Positions 52,048 to 62,617 of a DNA stretch of 64,000 nucleotides are shown one piece after another. The notes beneath the pieces were generated by a model that did not search any database, was not told the DNA's origin, and saw nothing but the letters and a program-made list of their open reading frames with translations. The position numbers and the translations under genes are program-made. Where the stretch lies: contig CAZTWF010000106.1 in NCBI GenBank assembly GCA_964617245.1, positions 25,811 through 89,810 of the forward strand, given 5' to 3'. The stretch comes from an uncultured Nitrososphaerota archaeon. GTDB taxonomy: Archaea > Thermoproteota > Methanomethylicia > Methanomethylicales > Methanomethylicaceae. Every line of letters starts with the position of its first letter. Position 1 is the first letter of the stretch.

Positions 52048-52263
52048 TTAATTGAGAATTTTTAATCATCGGATTATTATTAATTATTTCTTATAATATG
52101 CTTGAAGAAATGGATTACTTATTATAAAATAGTGAGATTTCCAATTGTAAAATTTGACTATTTTTCTAAGTAAAATTTATATTCTATCTTTTCCATTTTC
52201 AAATAATTTAAAAATATTTGTCCTTTACTATTTTACACATTAAAAAAAAGGAGGTAAAATATA

Positions 52264-53670
52264 TTGAATGAAAAAGGAAGAGAGCTAATTAGAATGATAA
52301 ATAGAGAATGTATAGACTATCCTGACTATCAAATTTTAGATTCACCAGAACCTAAGCTTTACAAGGAGATATTTCCATTTTCAAATCCTCCAAAAATTCT
52401 ATGGGATGGAGTAATAGTACCTCAGGATATTCCTGGGGAATTATGGATTACAGATACTTCATTTAGAGATGGACAACAAGCTAGAGCACCATATACAGTA
52501 GATCAAATAGTTACATTATATAAGTATTTACACAAGATAGGCGGACCAAAGGGAAAAATACTAATGAGTGAATGTTTTCTTTATACAAAACGTGATAAAG
52601 AAGCAGTTAGTAAACTTTTAGAACTTAATTATCCATATCCTGTTGTAAGTGGATGGATTAGAGCTAGTAAAGAAGATCTTAAACATGCAAAAGAGGCTAA
52701 GGTTAAAGAAGTTGGAATGTTAGCATCAATTTCAGACTATCACATATTTTATAAATTTAAAGGTTTAAGTCGATCTCAGGTAATATCCAAATATCTTGAA
52801 GTAATAGAAGAAGGTCTTAAATCTGGTATAGTTATGCGAGCACATATTGAAGATTGTACAAGAGCTGATATACTAGGAGTTGTTGTCCCTTTTGTAAAAT
52901 CTCTTATGCGTTTATCAGAGAAATATAGATTACCAGTAAAAGTGAGAATTCCTGATACCTTAGGTTTAGGCCTTCCATGGCCTCAAGCAGCATTACCAAG
53001 AAGTATACCAAAAATTGTATGGATACTTCATAATATTTGTGATGTACCTTCAGAATGGCTTGAATTTCATGGTCATAATGATTTTCATATGGGTGTTGCA
53101 AATGCTACTGCTGCATGGTTATATGGAGCAGCTCTAAATAATACTACTTTATTTGGTATAGGAGAAAGAGCTGGAAATGTACCATTAGAGGCTATGGTCT
53201 TTATTTATGCTTCTATAAAAGGAGATCTTGATGGTATTGATACACTTGCTATAACAGAAGTAGCAGAATATTATAGAAAAGTAATTGGCTATGAAATTCC
53301 ACAATATTATCCAATAGTTGGTAGTAATTTTACAGTAACAAGAGCTGGTATTCATGCAGATGGCACACTTAAAAATATTGAAATGTATCTACCATTCGAT
53401 ACTGAAAAATTATTAGGAGTTTCTCCTACTGTTTCTATAACTCCATATTCTGGAACTGCTGGTATTGCTTTTTGGATCAATCATTACTTTAAATTAAAGA
53501 ATAATGAAAAAATAGAAAAAGATGATCCAAGGGTATTAAAAATATATAATGAAGTATTAAAGAGATTTGAAGAAGAAAATGCATTAGTAATTTCTGATGA
53601 AGAAATGCTTTCATTAGTTAAAAAGTATATTCCTACATTATTTGAAAGAAAAACTAAAGATATAACATAA
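52264..53670 (+). CDS. Re-citrate synthase-like DRE-TIM metallolyase
   Basis: ITDTSFRDGQQA, ECFLYT, HGHNDF, GIGERAGN, TRAGIHADG. Confidence 0.8.
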   Translation: MNEKGRELIRMINRECIDYPDYQILDSPEPKLYKEIFPFSNPPKILWDGVIVPQDIPGELWITDTSFRDGQQARAPYTVDQIVTLYKYLHKIGGPKGKILMSECFLYTKRDKEAVSKLLELNYPYPVVSGWIRASKEDLKHAKEAKVKEVGMLASISDYHIFYKFKGLSRSQVISKYLEVIEEGLKSGIVMRAHIEDCTRADILGVVVPFVKSLMRLSEKYRLPVKVRIPDTLGLGLPWPQAALPRSIPKIVWILHNICDVPSEWLEFHGHNDFHMGVANATAAWLYGAALNNTTLFGIGERAGNVPLEAMVFIYASIKGDLDGIDTLAITEVAEYYRKVIGYEIPQYYPIVGSNFTVTRAGIHADGTLKNIEMYLPFDTEKLLGVSPTVSITPYSGTAGIAFWINHYFKLKNNEKIEKDDPRVLKIYNEVLKRFEEENALVISDEEMLSLVKKYIPTLFERKTKDIT

Positions 53671-53744
53671 TTTTTATATTTAAAAGATACAAGTAAATAT
53701 ATATTTTTAAAGATAATATTGTATTAGGTATATGGTGAAAAAGT

Positions 53745-54470
53745 ATGTTCACACCTCCAGGTCTAGGTTACGATAGAGCGATAACTATATTTTCACCAGA
53801 TGGTCGTTTATTTCAAGTAGAATATGCTTTAGAAGCTGTAAGAAGAGGATGGACTGCATTAGGTATAAGATGTTTAGATGGTGTTGTACTTGCAGTAGAA
53901 AAAAGAAAAATAAGTCCATTAATTGATCCATCTTCAATGGAAAAGATTTTGAAAATAGATGAGCATGTTGGAGCAACTTTTGCAGGTTTATCTTCAGATG
54001 CAAGAATATTAATTGATCAAGCAAGACAAGAAGCTCAAATCAATCGTATACTCTATGATGATATTATTGATATAGAAGTATTAACTAAAAGAGTTAGTAG
54101 TATAAAGCAACTTTATACTCAACATGCTGGAGTAAGACCATTTGGAGTATCTTTATTAATTGCAGGTGTAGATAAAGTTGGTCCAAGATTATTTATGACA
54201 GAACCAAGTGGTGCATACGCTGGTTACTTTGCTGTTGCTATTGGTGCAGGTGCTCAAACTGTAACTGAATTCTTTGAGAAAAATTATAATGAAAAAATAA
54301 CTTTATCATCAGCTATAAATCTTGCTCTAAAAGCATTAGCAATGGTTATAGAAGGTGGATTAGAACCTACAAGAGTAGAAATAGCAATAGCAAGTAAGAC
54401 TACAGGAAAATTTGAAATTCTTCCTATGGAAGTCATATCTAAATATATAGATGAAGTTAAGGCGAAATAA
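53745..54470 (+). CDS. psmA: Proteasome alpha subunit
   Basis: GYDRAITIFSPDGRLFQVEYA, RPFGVSLL. Confidence 0.98.
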   Translation: MFTPPGLGYDRAITIFSPDGRLFQVEYALEAVRRGWTALGIRCLDGVVLAVEKRKISPLIDPSSMEKILKIDEHVGATFAGLSSDARILIDQARQEAQINRILYDDIIDIEVLTKRVSSIKQLYTQHAGVRPFGVSLLIAGVDKVGPRLFMTEPSGAYAGYFAVAIGAGAQTVTEFFEKNYNEKITLSSAINLALKALAMVIEGGLEPTRVEIAIASKTTGKFEILPMEVISKYIDEVKAK

Positions 54471-55166
54471 ATGCCTAAAGAAAAAGTAATTGCTAGACTT
54501 ATAATTAATAAAGAACATTTTGAAATACTAGTAGATCCTGAATTAGCATGGTTACTTAAAAATGGAAAAGATGTAGATTTAAAAGAATTACTTATAAGTG
54601 ATATTATATATAAAGATGCTAAAAAAGGTGAAAAAGCTTCTGAAACATCAATAATTAAAAACTTTGGTACTACAGATCTAAAAACTATTGTTACCACAAT
54701 AATTAAAAAAGGAGAACTTCAACTTACAACAGAACAACGTCGTCAAATGATAGAAAATAAGAAAAAACAAATAATTGCATTTATTACTCGTAATTGTATA
54801 GATCCACATACTGGCTTACCACATCCTCCTACTAGAATAGAAAATGCTATGGAGAATATTAGAATTAGCATAGATCCTTTTAAACCTGTTGAACAACAAG
54901 CAAATGATGTTATAAAAGCACTCAGGACAATACTTCCATTAAAAATAAGTCAAGTTACTCTTTCTATTCATGCAAAAAAAGAATATGCAAGTAAAGTAAA
55001 AGATTATATATCTAAAACAGGAGAACTTTCAAAATCAGAATGGCTATCTGATGGCTCTTGGAGAGGAGAAGTCACTATTCCTGCTGGTATTCAACAAACT
55101 GTAATTGATCGTCTTAATGAAATATCAAGAGGAGATATTATAGTAAATATAATAAGAAGAACATGA
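54471..55166 (+). CDS. Ribosome maturation factor SBDS/Sdo1
   Basis: HFEILVDP, KGELQLT, PHPPTRIENA. Confidence 0.95.
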   Translation: MPKEKVIARLIINKEHFEILVDPELAWLLKNGKDVDLKELLISDIIYKDAKKGEKASETSIIKNFGTTDLKTIVTTIIKKGELQLTTEQRRQMIENKKKQIIAFITRNCIDPHTGLPHPPTRIENAMENIRISIDPFKPVEQQANDVIKALRTILPLKISQVTLSIHAKKEYASKVKDYISKTGELSKSEWLSDGSWRGEVTIPAGIQQTVIDRLNEISRGDIIVNIIRRT

Positions 55167-55178
55167 GGTGTTATTGAT

Positions 55179-55889
55179 TTGATTTACTTTTCTCAAAGAC
55201 AAATAGTTATACCTGGTTATATGTTAGCTGAAGGAAATTATGAAGTTGGTAAGAATGTATACAAAGAAGGAAATAGATTTTATGCAACAGTTATTGGTTT
55301 AGCTGAATTAAGAGATAAGATCGTAAATGTTATACCATTAAGAGGTTGTTATATACCTTCTGTTGGAGATATACTAATTGGTAAAGTGATTGATATTACA
55401 ACTACAGCATGGATAGTAGATATAAGATCTCCTTGGAATGCTATTCTTTTTGCAAAAGATTTTCTTTCTAAACCTCTTAATATCATGAAAGAAGATATTA
55501 GAAACTATCTAGATGTAGGAGAGCTAATAATTGCTAAAGTTACTTCTTTTGATCGTACAAAGAATCCTACACTTACAACAAAGGAACATGGACTTGGAAA
55601 AATTGAAAGAGGTACTGTTATTGAAGTAGATCCAACAAGAGTTCCAAGAATAATTGGGAAAAAAGGCTCTATGATAAATATGCTTAAAAAAGAAACAGGT
55701 TGTCAAATTCATGTTGGTCAAAATGGTCGAGTATGGATTTCTGGAAGGAATAGAGAGGATGAAATTTTAGTAGTTGAAGCGATAAAAAAAATAGAAAGTG
55801 AAGCACATACTACAGGATTGACAGATAGAGTTTATGATCTTATAAGCAAAAGGAGGGTATTAAATGGAAAGGAAAAAACTAATATCTGA
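55179..55889 (+). CDS. rrp4: Exosome RNA-binding protein Rrp4
   Basis: [34 protein letters not shown]. Confidence 0.96.
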   Translation: MIYFSQRQIVIPGYMLAEGNYEVGKNVYKEGNRFYATVIGLAELRDKIVNVIPLRGCYIPSVGDILIGKVIDITTTAWIVDIRSPWNAILFAKDFLSKPLNIMKEDIRNYLDVGELIIAKVTSFDRTKNPTLTTKEHGLGKIERGTVIEVDPTRVPRIIGKKGSMINMLKKETGCQIHVGQNGRVWISGRNREDEILVVEAIKKIESEAHTTGLTDRVYDLISKRRVLNGKEKTNI

Positions 55890-56589
55890 TGATGGGAGAA
55901 GATTGGATGGAAGAAAATTTGATGAAATTAGGCCAATAAAATTTAAAATTGGTATTCTTAAAAATGCAGATGGTTCTGCATATATAGAATTGGGGAAAAC
56001 AAAAGTTATTGTGGGTGTTTATGGTCCAAGAGAATTACATCCAAAACATCTTGCTGTTCCTGATAGATGTATAATACAAGCTCGTTATCATATGGCACCA
56101 TTTTCTGTTAAAGAAAGAAAATCTCCAGCTCCTTCAAGAAGAGAAATAGAACTTTCAAAAGTAATACGTGAAGCTCTAGAACCAGCAATATTTGTAGAAT
56201 TATTTCCTAGAACAACAATTGATATCTTTGCTGAAGTAATTCAGGCTGATGGAAGTACTAGATGTGCAGCTATTTCTGCAGCTTCTTTAGCTCTTGCTGA
56301 TGCTGGAATACCTATGAGAGACCTAGTTGCTAGTGTTGCAGTTGCAAAAGTTGATAATCAAATAGTCCTAGATGTTATGGATGAAGAAGATAAATATGGC
56401 TCCTCAGATATGCCTATTGCTATGATGCCATCTAAAAATGTAATAACATTATTGCAAATGGATGGAATGCTAACTAGTGAAGAATTTAAAAAATCTTTAG
56501 AACTTGCAAAAAAAGGATGTATGGAAGTATATAAGAAACAAAAAGAAGCCTTAGAATCATATTTTAAAAATGTTAAGGAGGAAAAATAA
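55864..56589 (+). CDS. rrp41: Exosome exonuclease Rrp41
   Basis: ADGSAY, VYGPRE, YHMAPFS, QADGSTR. Confidence 0.97.
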   Translation: MERKKLISDDGRRLDGRKFDEIRPIKFKIGILKNADGSAYIELGKTKVIVGVYGPRELHPKHLAVPDRCIIQARYHMAPFSVKERKSPAPSRREIELSKVIREALEPAIFVELFPRTTIDIFAEVIQADGSTRCAAISAASLALADAGIPMRDLVASVAVAKVDNQIVLDVMDEEDKYGSSDMPIAMMPSKNVITLLQMDGMLTSEEFKKSLELAKKGCMEVYKKQKEALESYFKNVKEEK

Positions 56590-57404
56590 TGACAACAAGT
56601 CCTATTCCTTATTTAAAGAAGAAACAAATTTATGAACTTGCTGAAAGTGGAAAAAGAATTGATGGTCGTGGATTAGTAGATCTTAGAAGAATTGAAATTA
56701 ATACAAATATCTTAGATAAAGCTGAAGGTTCTGCTAGTGTTAAACTAGGTGATACATATGTAATTGTAGGTATTAAATTTGAAGTCAGTGAGCCTTTTCC
56801 TGATATACCAAATGAAGGTGTATTGTCTGTAAATGCAGAATTTTTACCTTTAGCATCTCCATCTTTTGAAGCTGGACCACCTGATGAAAATGCAATAGAA
56901 TTAGCAAGAATTGTAGATAGAGCATTAAGAGGAGGTAAAGCAATTAATACACAAAAACTATGCTTAATACCTGGTAAAAAAGTATGGACAGTATGGGTTG
57001 ATATATTTATTTTTGATCATTGTGGAAATCTTATAGATGCCTCAGCTTTAGCTTCTTTATGTGCACTTATAACAGCTAAAGTTCCAAAAACAGAAATCAT
57101 TGGAAATGAAGTAAAAATATTAGATGAATATGAACCATTACCAATAAATTCTTTACCAATTATTATAACCTTAGCAAAGATTGGTGATAAACTACTTGTT
57201 GATCCCTCACTTGAAGAAGAAGAAGTTATGGATTGTAGAATAAGTATAGCTTTTGTTGAAGGAGAGGATAATCAAGAATATGTTTGTGCTATACAAAAAG
57301 GTGGAAAAGGTACATTTACTTATGAAGAAATTCTAAGAGCTATTGATATCGCTAAAGTTAAAAGCCAGGAAGTAAGAAAAATTATTCCTTGTGGTGGTAG
57401 ATAA
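56589..57404 (+). CDS. rrp42: Exosome subunit Rrp42
   Basis: RIDGR, AEGSA, GPPDENAIELARIVDR. Confidence 0.97.
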   Translation: MTTSPIPYLKKKQIYELAESGKRIDGRGLVDLRRIEINTNILDKAEGSASVKLGDTYVIVGIKFEVSEPFPDIPNEGVLSVNAEFLPLASPSFEAGPPDENAIELARIVDRALRGGKAINTQKLCLIPGKKVWTVWVDIFIFDHCGNLIDASALASLCALITAKVPKTEIIGNEVKILDEYEPLPINSLPIIITLAKIGDKLLVDPSLEEEEVMDCRISIAFVEGEDNQEYVCAIQKGGKGTFTYEEILRAIDIAKVKSQEVRKIIPCGGR

Positions 57405-57670
57405 TGGGTAAGATCACAGGTCCTGTAGGTTGTTATGGTCCAAGATATGGCTCTACTATAAGAAAGCGTATATTAGCAATAAAATTAAAAGTAAAAGGTC
57501 AAAAATGTCCTAAATGTTATTCCATAGATACACTAAGAAGAGAAGCTGCAGGAATATGGATATGTAAATCATGTGGAATTAAATTTGCAGGAGGAGCTTA
57601 CATAGCTCAAACCATAATGGGCAAGACTTTACTACCTGAGGAACTCAAAAGTATAAAAGAAAGAAAATAG
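57404..57670 (+). CDS. rpl37ae: 50S ribosomal protein L37Ae (eL43)
   Basis: GPRYGSTIRK, CPKC, GIWICKSCG..FAGGAY. Confidence 0.95.
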   Translation: MGKITGPVGCYGPRYGSTIRKRILAIKLKVKGQKCPKCYSIDTLRREAAGIWICKSCGIKFAGGAYIAQTIMGKTLLPEELKSIKERK

Positions 57671-57676
57671 ATTAAT

Positions 57677-58219
57677 ATGTATATTCTTTTAACAACATCT
57701 TTAAGACCTAATCCTCGTATTAGAAATTTTTGTAAAGATCTAGCCTCAACTTCTTTGTTATTTTATTATCATACACGTGGAAAAATGAATATACTCTCAC
57801 TTTTTAATTATGCTTCTTCAATTAAAGCAAATAGAATCTGGATTGTATATTCTAGACATGGAAATCCTGGAATGATTAACTTTTTTAATGTAGATAGAAA
57901 TGAAAAAATTGGTGCAATTTTTATAAAAGGAGTAGCATTAAAGAGAGAATTAGGTACTTTATATTCAAAATCAACAAAAAATAACTCAATTAAATTAGTT
58001 CTTAAAAATGAAGAACTAAAAGAATTATGTGAGCTCATTAAATTAGCAATTTCTTCTGAAGAAATCTCTAATGAAAATATTACAAGAATTGAAATAAATA
58101 AAAATAAAGAAGGTTTTGCAGAAATTCAATTTATTGATAATAAAACAGATCTATTTTGTGGTCCAAAAATAATATTAAAAGGATATATAAAAGAAGATAA
58201 AGTTAAATTTTTTAAGTAA
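57677..58219 (+). CDS. Brix/Imp4-domain ribosome biogenesis protein
   Basis: LLTTSLRPNPRIRNFCKDL, RGKMN, HGNPG. Confidence 0.88.
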   Translation: MYILLTTSLRPNPRIRNFCKDLASTSLLFYYHTRGKMNILSLFNYASSIKANRIWIVYSRHGNPGMINFFNVDRNEKIGAIFIKGVALKRELGTLYSKSTKNNSIKLVLKNEELKELCELIKLAISSEEISNENITRIEINKNKEGFAEIQFIDNKTDLFCGPKIILKGYIKEDKVKFFK

Positions 58220-58224
58220 TAATT

Positions 58225-58491
58225 ATGGAATTTCCAATAAAATCAAAACTTATAATAAATATTGATGATCCAATTGTAGCTAATAATATTTATAAAATTC
58301 TTATTCCTGAGGTTAAAACTACAAAATCTTCAAAAATATCAATAATAAAAATCAATGATAATAGTATACATCTATATATAGAAACAAAAACTATTCCTAG
58401 TTTAAGAGCTATACTTAATTCTTATTTAAGATGGATAAACTCATGTTTAGAAATATTCTCCTGGAAAGAAAAATATCTCCAAAACAAATAA
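58225..58491 (+). CDS. pcc1: KEOPS subunit Pcc1
   Basis: IYKILIPE, SLRAILNSYLRWI; Brix-Pcc1-prefoldin synteny. Confidence 0.88.
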   Translation: MEFPIKSKLIINIDDPIVANNIYKILIPEVKTTKSSKISIIKINDNSIHLYIETKTIPSLRAILNSYLRWINSCLEIFSWKEKYLQNK

Positions 58492-58532
58492 AAGTAGAAT
58501 TGCTAAATAATCTATGAAAAGAGTGGTATAGT

Positions 58533-58892
58533 ATGTCAAAACAAATTCCTCCTCAATTACAACATCAAATACTACGTTTACAAGAACAACAAGAACAATA
58601 TAAGGCACTTTTACTTCGTAAACAACAATTTGAAGTTGAATTAAGAGAAGTAGAAAGAGCAATTCAGGAATGTTCTAAACTATCTGATGATGCTTTAATA
58701 TATCAATCAGTTGGTAATTTACTTTTTAAAACTGAAAAAAGTAAAGTAATGAGTGAACTTAATGAAAAAAAAGAAGAACTTGAATTAAGAATAAAAACTA
58801 TAGAAAAACAAGAACAACGCTTAAGACAACAACTTGAAGAACTTAGGAGAACTATACAAGCTAGTTTATCTGGAATACCACCTAGCTCATAA
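58533..58892 (+). CDS. pfdB: Prefoldin beta subunit
   Basis: IPPQLQ, coiled coils flanking YQSVGNLL. Confidence 0.95.
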   Translation: MSKQIPPQLQHQILRLQEQQEQYKALLLRKQQFEVELREVERAIQECSKLSDDALIYQSVGNLLFKTEKSKVMSELNEKKEELELRIKTIEKQEQRLRQQLEELRRTIQASLSGIPPSS

Positions 58893-58906
58893 GCATATTA
58901 TTAACC

Positions 58907-59188
58907 ATGTCAAATGAAATTACTAATGTATCAAATGAAATTATTAAAGAGGCATGTAAAATTGGAGAAAAAGAAGCTTATAAGTACATTACTCTACATA
59001 TAAATCCAAAACTAATAACTTCATTTGATATTTCTGTAATTTATGAAAATAATCAATTTACTATTGATATTTATATTAATACAATAATAAAAATAGATTT
59101 AGAAAAACTATTAGATGAAGCAATTGATGCTGCATTAATTGCAATTGATAACTTTATAAGAGGTAAAATACTATGTCAGAATTATTAA
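58907..59188 (+). CDS. DUF3194-like hypothetical protein
   Basis: Size and synteny after pfdB; LLDEAIDAA. Confidence 0.6.
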   Translation: MSNEITNVSNEIIKEACKIGEKEAYKYITLHINPKLITSFDISVIYENNQFTIDIYINTIIKIDLEKLLDEAIDAALIAIDNFIRGKILCQNY

Positions 59189-60165
59189 AAATACTTGATC
59201 CCTTTAGAAATATAACAATTGTATGTCATCCTAATGCTGATATTGATAGTTTGGGATCTGCTTATGCAATATATAATTTTATTAAAAATTTTCTTAGTAA
59301 TAAAAATATAACAATTTATACTCCTGAATCAATAAGTTCTTCTTCTATTCCATTTATAGATTATCTTAATATAATGACTCATTTTGAGTTTTCATCACCT
59401 GATATATTCATACTTATAGATACTTCATCCTTAGATCAAATACCATTAGTTAAATCATATATAGAAGAAAGATCAATTCCCTACATTATTATTGATCATC
59501 ATGTTCCTGATGAACAAACTATTAGTAAGGCTATATTTTCTATTGTAAGAGAAGCTACATCTACATGTGAAATAATTTATGAAACTATAAAAGATTATAT
59601 CTCAGATAAGAAAATACTAGAAGCTTTATTAGCTGGTATTATTTATGATTCAAGACGTTTTCTTATAAATCCTAAAAAATCTATTTCACTTGCTTATGAA
59701 TTAATAAATAAAGGTGTAGATATAGAAAAGATACTTCAACTTTTATCTTTAGAACAGAATTTCTCTGAAAAAATGGCAAAGATTAAGGGATGTTCTAGAA
59801 TGAGAATATTTAAAGCCTCTTCTTGGATAATTGCCTTTACACATGTAAGTGCATTTGAAGCATCAGTTGCTCGTACTCTTATTGATATTGGAGCAGATTT
59901 AGCCTTTGTAATAAATGAATCTGAAAAAAGATTAACAGGAAGAGTTAGAGAGATATTTTATAATCAAACAGGACTTAATCTAGTTACTGATATAATAAGA
60001 CCATTAATTAAAAAATTCTCAGGTCAAGGAGGAGGTCATCCTACAGCTGCAAGTATGAATCTTAATATACTTACTGAAGATTTAATATCTGAAGTATTAG
60101 AATTAGTTGCAAATAAATTAAAAATACAAAAACATTTAATATGTGAAATTAATACTAAAAAATGA
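59173..60165 (+). CDS. DHH/DHHA1 phosphoesterase (NrnA-like)
   Basis: CHPNADIDS, IDHH, GIIYDS, GGGHPTAA. Confidence 0.9.
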   Translation: MSELLKILDPFRNITIVCHPNADIDSLGSAYAIYNFIKNFLSNKNITIYTPESISSSSIPFIDYLNIMTHFEFSSPDIFILIDTSSLDQIPLVKSYIEERSIPYIIIDHHVPDEQTISKAIFSIVREATSTCEIIYETIKDYISDKKILEALLAGIIYDSRRFLINPKKSISLAYELINKGVDIEKILQLLSLEQNFSEKMAKIKGCSRMRIFKASSWIIAFTHVSAFEASVARTLIDIGADLAFVINESEKRLTGRVREIFYNQTGLNLVTDIIRPLIKKFSGQGGGHPTAASMNLNILTEDLISEVLELVANKLKIQKHLICEINTKK

Positions 60166-61016
60166 TTGATTTTTTCATGGGGATGATGAGAATGGGAATT
60201 ATAGAAGTTCGTAATCTTACATTTAAATATGCTAATTCTGATAAACCTAGCTTATATAATATTAATCTTTCAATTGATAAAGGAGAATTCTTATTAATAA
60301 CAGGTCCAACAGGTTGTGGAAAGACAACATTATGTAAGTGTTTAAATGGATTAATTCCAAATTCATATAATGGTGATTTTAATGGAGAGGTTATTATAGA
60401 TGGTTTATCTACTAAAGAACATCCAGTACATGAAATAGCACAACATGTTGGTTTAGTCTTTCAAGATCCAGAAAATGAGTTATTTTGTACATCTGTTGAA
60501 AAAGAAATTGCATTTGGACCAGAAAATCTTGGACTATCCAGAGAGGAAATAAGAAGAAGAGTTGAAGAAGCTATGGCAATGGTTGGAATTTCTCATTTAA
60601 GAGAAAGATCACCATATGAACTTTCTGGTGGTGAACAACAAAAGGTAGCTATAGCAGCTCTTCTTGCTATGAAGCCAAAGATACTTGTACTTGATGAGCC
60701 CACATCTAATTTAGATCCATTTAGTGCATATTCTATATTAAATCTATTATTTAATTTAAAGAAGGAATATGAAATGACAATAATACTAATAGAACATAGA
60801 TTAGATATGGTAGCAAAAATAGTAGATAGATGTGTAATAATGAATGAAGGTAGAATTATTGCTATAGGCCCTCCTGAGGAAGTACTATATTCTGATATAG
60901 TTGAGTCAATAGGTATTGGCATTCCAAAAATTGTAAAGCTTGTAAAAACATTGGGATTGTCTTCACGTCCTTTATCTTCTAATGTATTAGCAGATATATT
61001 AAAGGTGAAAAAATGA
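60162..61016 (+). CDS. ecfA1: ECF transporter ATPase A1 (true start possibly 60192)
   Basis: GPTGCGKT, VFQDPE, LSGGEQQ, LDEPT. Confidence 0.92.
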   Translation: MIDFFMGMMRMGIIEVRNLTFKYANSDKPSLYNINLSIDKGEFLLITGPTGCGKTTLCKCLNGLIPNSYNGDFNGEVIIDGLSTKEHPVHEIAQHVGLVFQDPENELFCTSVEKEIAFGPENLGLSREEIRRRVEEAMAMVGISHLRERSPYELSGGEQQKVAIAALLAMKPKILVLDEPTSNLDPFSAYSILNLLFNLKKEYEMTIILIEHRLDMVAKIVDRCVIMNEGRIIAIGPPEEVLYSDIVESIGIGIPKIVKLVKTLGLSSRPLSSNVLADILKVKK

Positions 61017-61825
61017 TAGAATTTCATAATGTATTTTTCTCATATCAACCAGGTAAAGACATTCTAAAAAATATAAATTTAAAAGTAAATAAAGGAGAAT
61101 TATTAGCAATATTAGGACCAAATGGTGCAGGAAAAACCACACTCATAAAACATATAAATGGTCTTTTAAAACCACAAAGAGGATATGTTGAGGTTCTTGG
61201 TATGAATACAAAGGAGACAACAGTTGCAGTATTAGCTAGACATGTTGGATTTGTATTTCAAAATCCTGATCATCAATTATTTGCAGAAACTGTTGAAAAG
61301 GAAATAATGTTTGCTTTAATTAATTTTAATTTTCCAGAAAATGAAATAAAAGAAAGAGTAGAAAAAATTCTTCATGAATTAGATCTCATAGAATATAGAA
61401 ATAGATCTCCTTTTATGTTAAGTGGTGGTGAAAGAAAAAGAGTAGCTCTTGCATCAGTTTTATGTTATGATCCATCAATTTTAATACTTGATGAACCTAC
61501 TATTGGTCAGGATTATCGTCAAAAACTCAATCTAATTAATCTTATTAATAAATTAAATAAAGAAGGAAAAACAGTAATTATTGTAACTCATGATATAGAA
61601 TTTGTTGCTGATTTTATTCCCAGATGCATAATAATGTCAGATGGAAGAATAGTTGCTGATGGTCCAACAGAAGAAGTGTTAACAAATAGTAAATTACTAT
61701 TAGAAAATTCTCTTTTACCTCCTCAATTAGTAGAGATTTCATTAGCTCTTAATATAAGTCCTCCTACTATAAATTTTGAAAAATTAGTTTCATTTATTAG
61801 AAAAATTATTGAAAGTGAAGAATAA
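61013..61825 (+). CDS. ecfA2: ECF transporter ATPase A2
   Basis: GPNGAGKT, FQNPDHQ, LSGGERKR, LDEPTIGQD. Confidence 0.92.
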   Translation: MIEFHNVFFSYQPGKDILKNINLKVNKGELLAILGPNGAGKTTLIKHINGLLKPQRGYVEVLGMNTKETTVAVLARHVGFVFQNPDHQLFAETVEKEIMFALINFNFPENEIKERVEKILHELDLIEYRNRSPFMLSGGERKRVALASVLCYDPSILILDEPTIGQDYRQKLNLINLINKLNKEGKTVIIVTHDIEFVADFIPRCIIMSDGRIVADGPTEEVLTNSKLLLENSLLPPQLVEISLALNISPPTINFEKLVSFIRKIIESEE

Positions 61826-62598
61826 TGAAGGTCTTTTATTTTGAATATAAACGAGAAAGCTCAATAATTCATAAACTAGATCCTAGAGCAAAATTAGTTT
61901 ACTTAATATTATTCACAATATTGACTGTATATTTTACAAATCCAATAATTCTATTTTTAATATTTCTTTCCTCTTTACCTATGGCAATATTAGGTAAAAT
62001 AGTAAAAAAATGGATTATTTCTATAAAAGGATCTTTATTCTTTATTGTTTTTATATTTATATTTAATTTTATTGGAATTTTCTGGACAACAGGTAATATC
62101 ATAGATACAATCATAATTTCAATAGCAATGGCAATAAGATTTGTTTCTCTAATTTCTATTTTCTCTATTTTCTTTCTTTCAACATCTCCAGAAGATCTAA
62201 TGCAATCTATGATTAAACTAAAATTACCCTATGAATATGTTCTTACATTTAATATGGCAATGCGTTTTGTTCCTACCTTAGCTAGAGAAGCTCAAACTAT
62301 AATAGATGCTCAAAAATCTAGAGGCTTAGAATTTGAAAAAGGGAATATTTTTCAAAAAGTAAAGAAATACATTCCTATTCTTATACCTTTAATAATTTCT
62401 TCTTTAAGAAGAGCAGAAATTATTGCTGATGCTATGGAATCAAGAGCTTTTGGTGCTTCTAAAACTCGTTCTTTTCTTTATACAATAACTATGAGCAAAA
62501 TAGATTTTATTTTTATAATAATTTGTATTATTATTTTTACTTTATTCATTCTTATCTTTAAAGATATTCTCTTACATACAATAGGTTTAAATTCCTAA
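61825..62598 (+). CDS. ecfT: ECF transporter T component
   Basis: LDPRAK, RFVP, AQKSRG, AMESRAF. Confidence 0.93.
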   Translation: MKVFYFEYKRESSIIHKLDPRAKLVYLILFTILTVYFTNPIILFLIFLSSLPMAILGKIVKKWIISIKGSLFFIVFIFIFNFIGIFWTTGNIIDTIIISIAMAIRFVSLISIFSIFFLSTSPEDLMQSMIKLKLPYEYVLTFNMAMRFVPTLAREAQTIIDAQKSRGLEFEKGNIFQKVKKYIPILIPLIISSLRRAEIIADAMESRAFGASKTRSFLYTITMSKIDFIFIIICIIIFTLFILIFKDILLHTIGLNS

Positions 62599-62617
62599 AA
62601 AAATATAGAAAGTTCGT

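Noticed and set aside
60179..60241. ATGATGA...CTGA pair resembling a C/D sRNA
   Set aside because: Coincides with the SD/start and coding region of ecfA1; no clear D'/C' boxes, terminal stem or recognisable guide.
4109..62114. Numerous 60-144 aa opposite-strand or out-of-frame ORFs in the track
   Set aside because: All overlap well-identified housekeeping genes and look like shadow ORFs.
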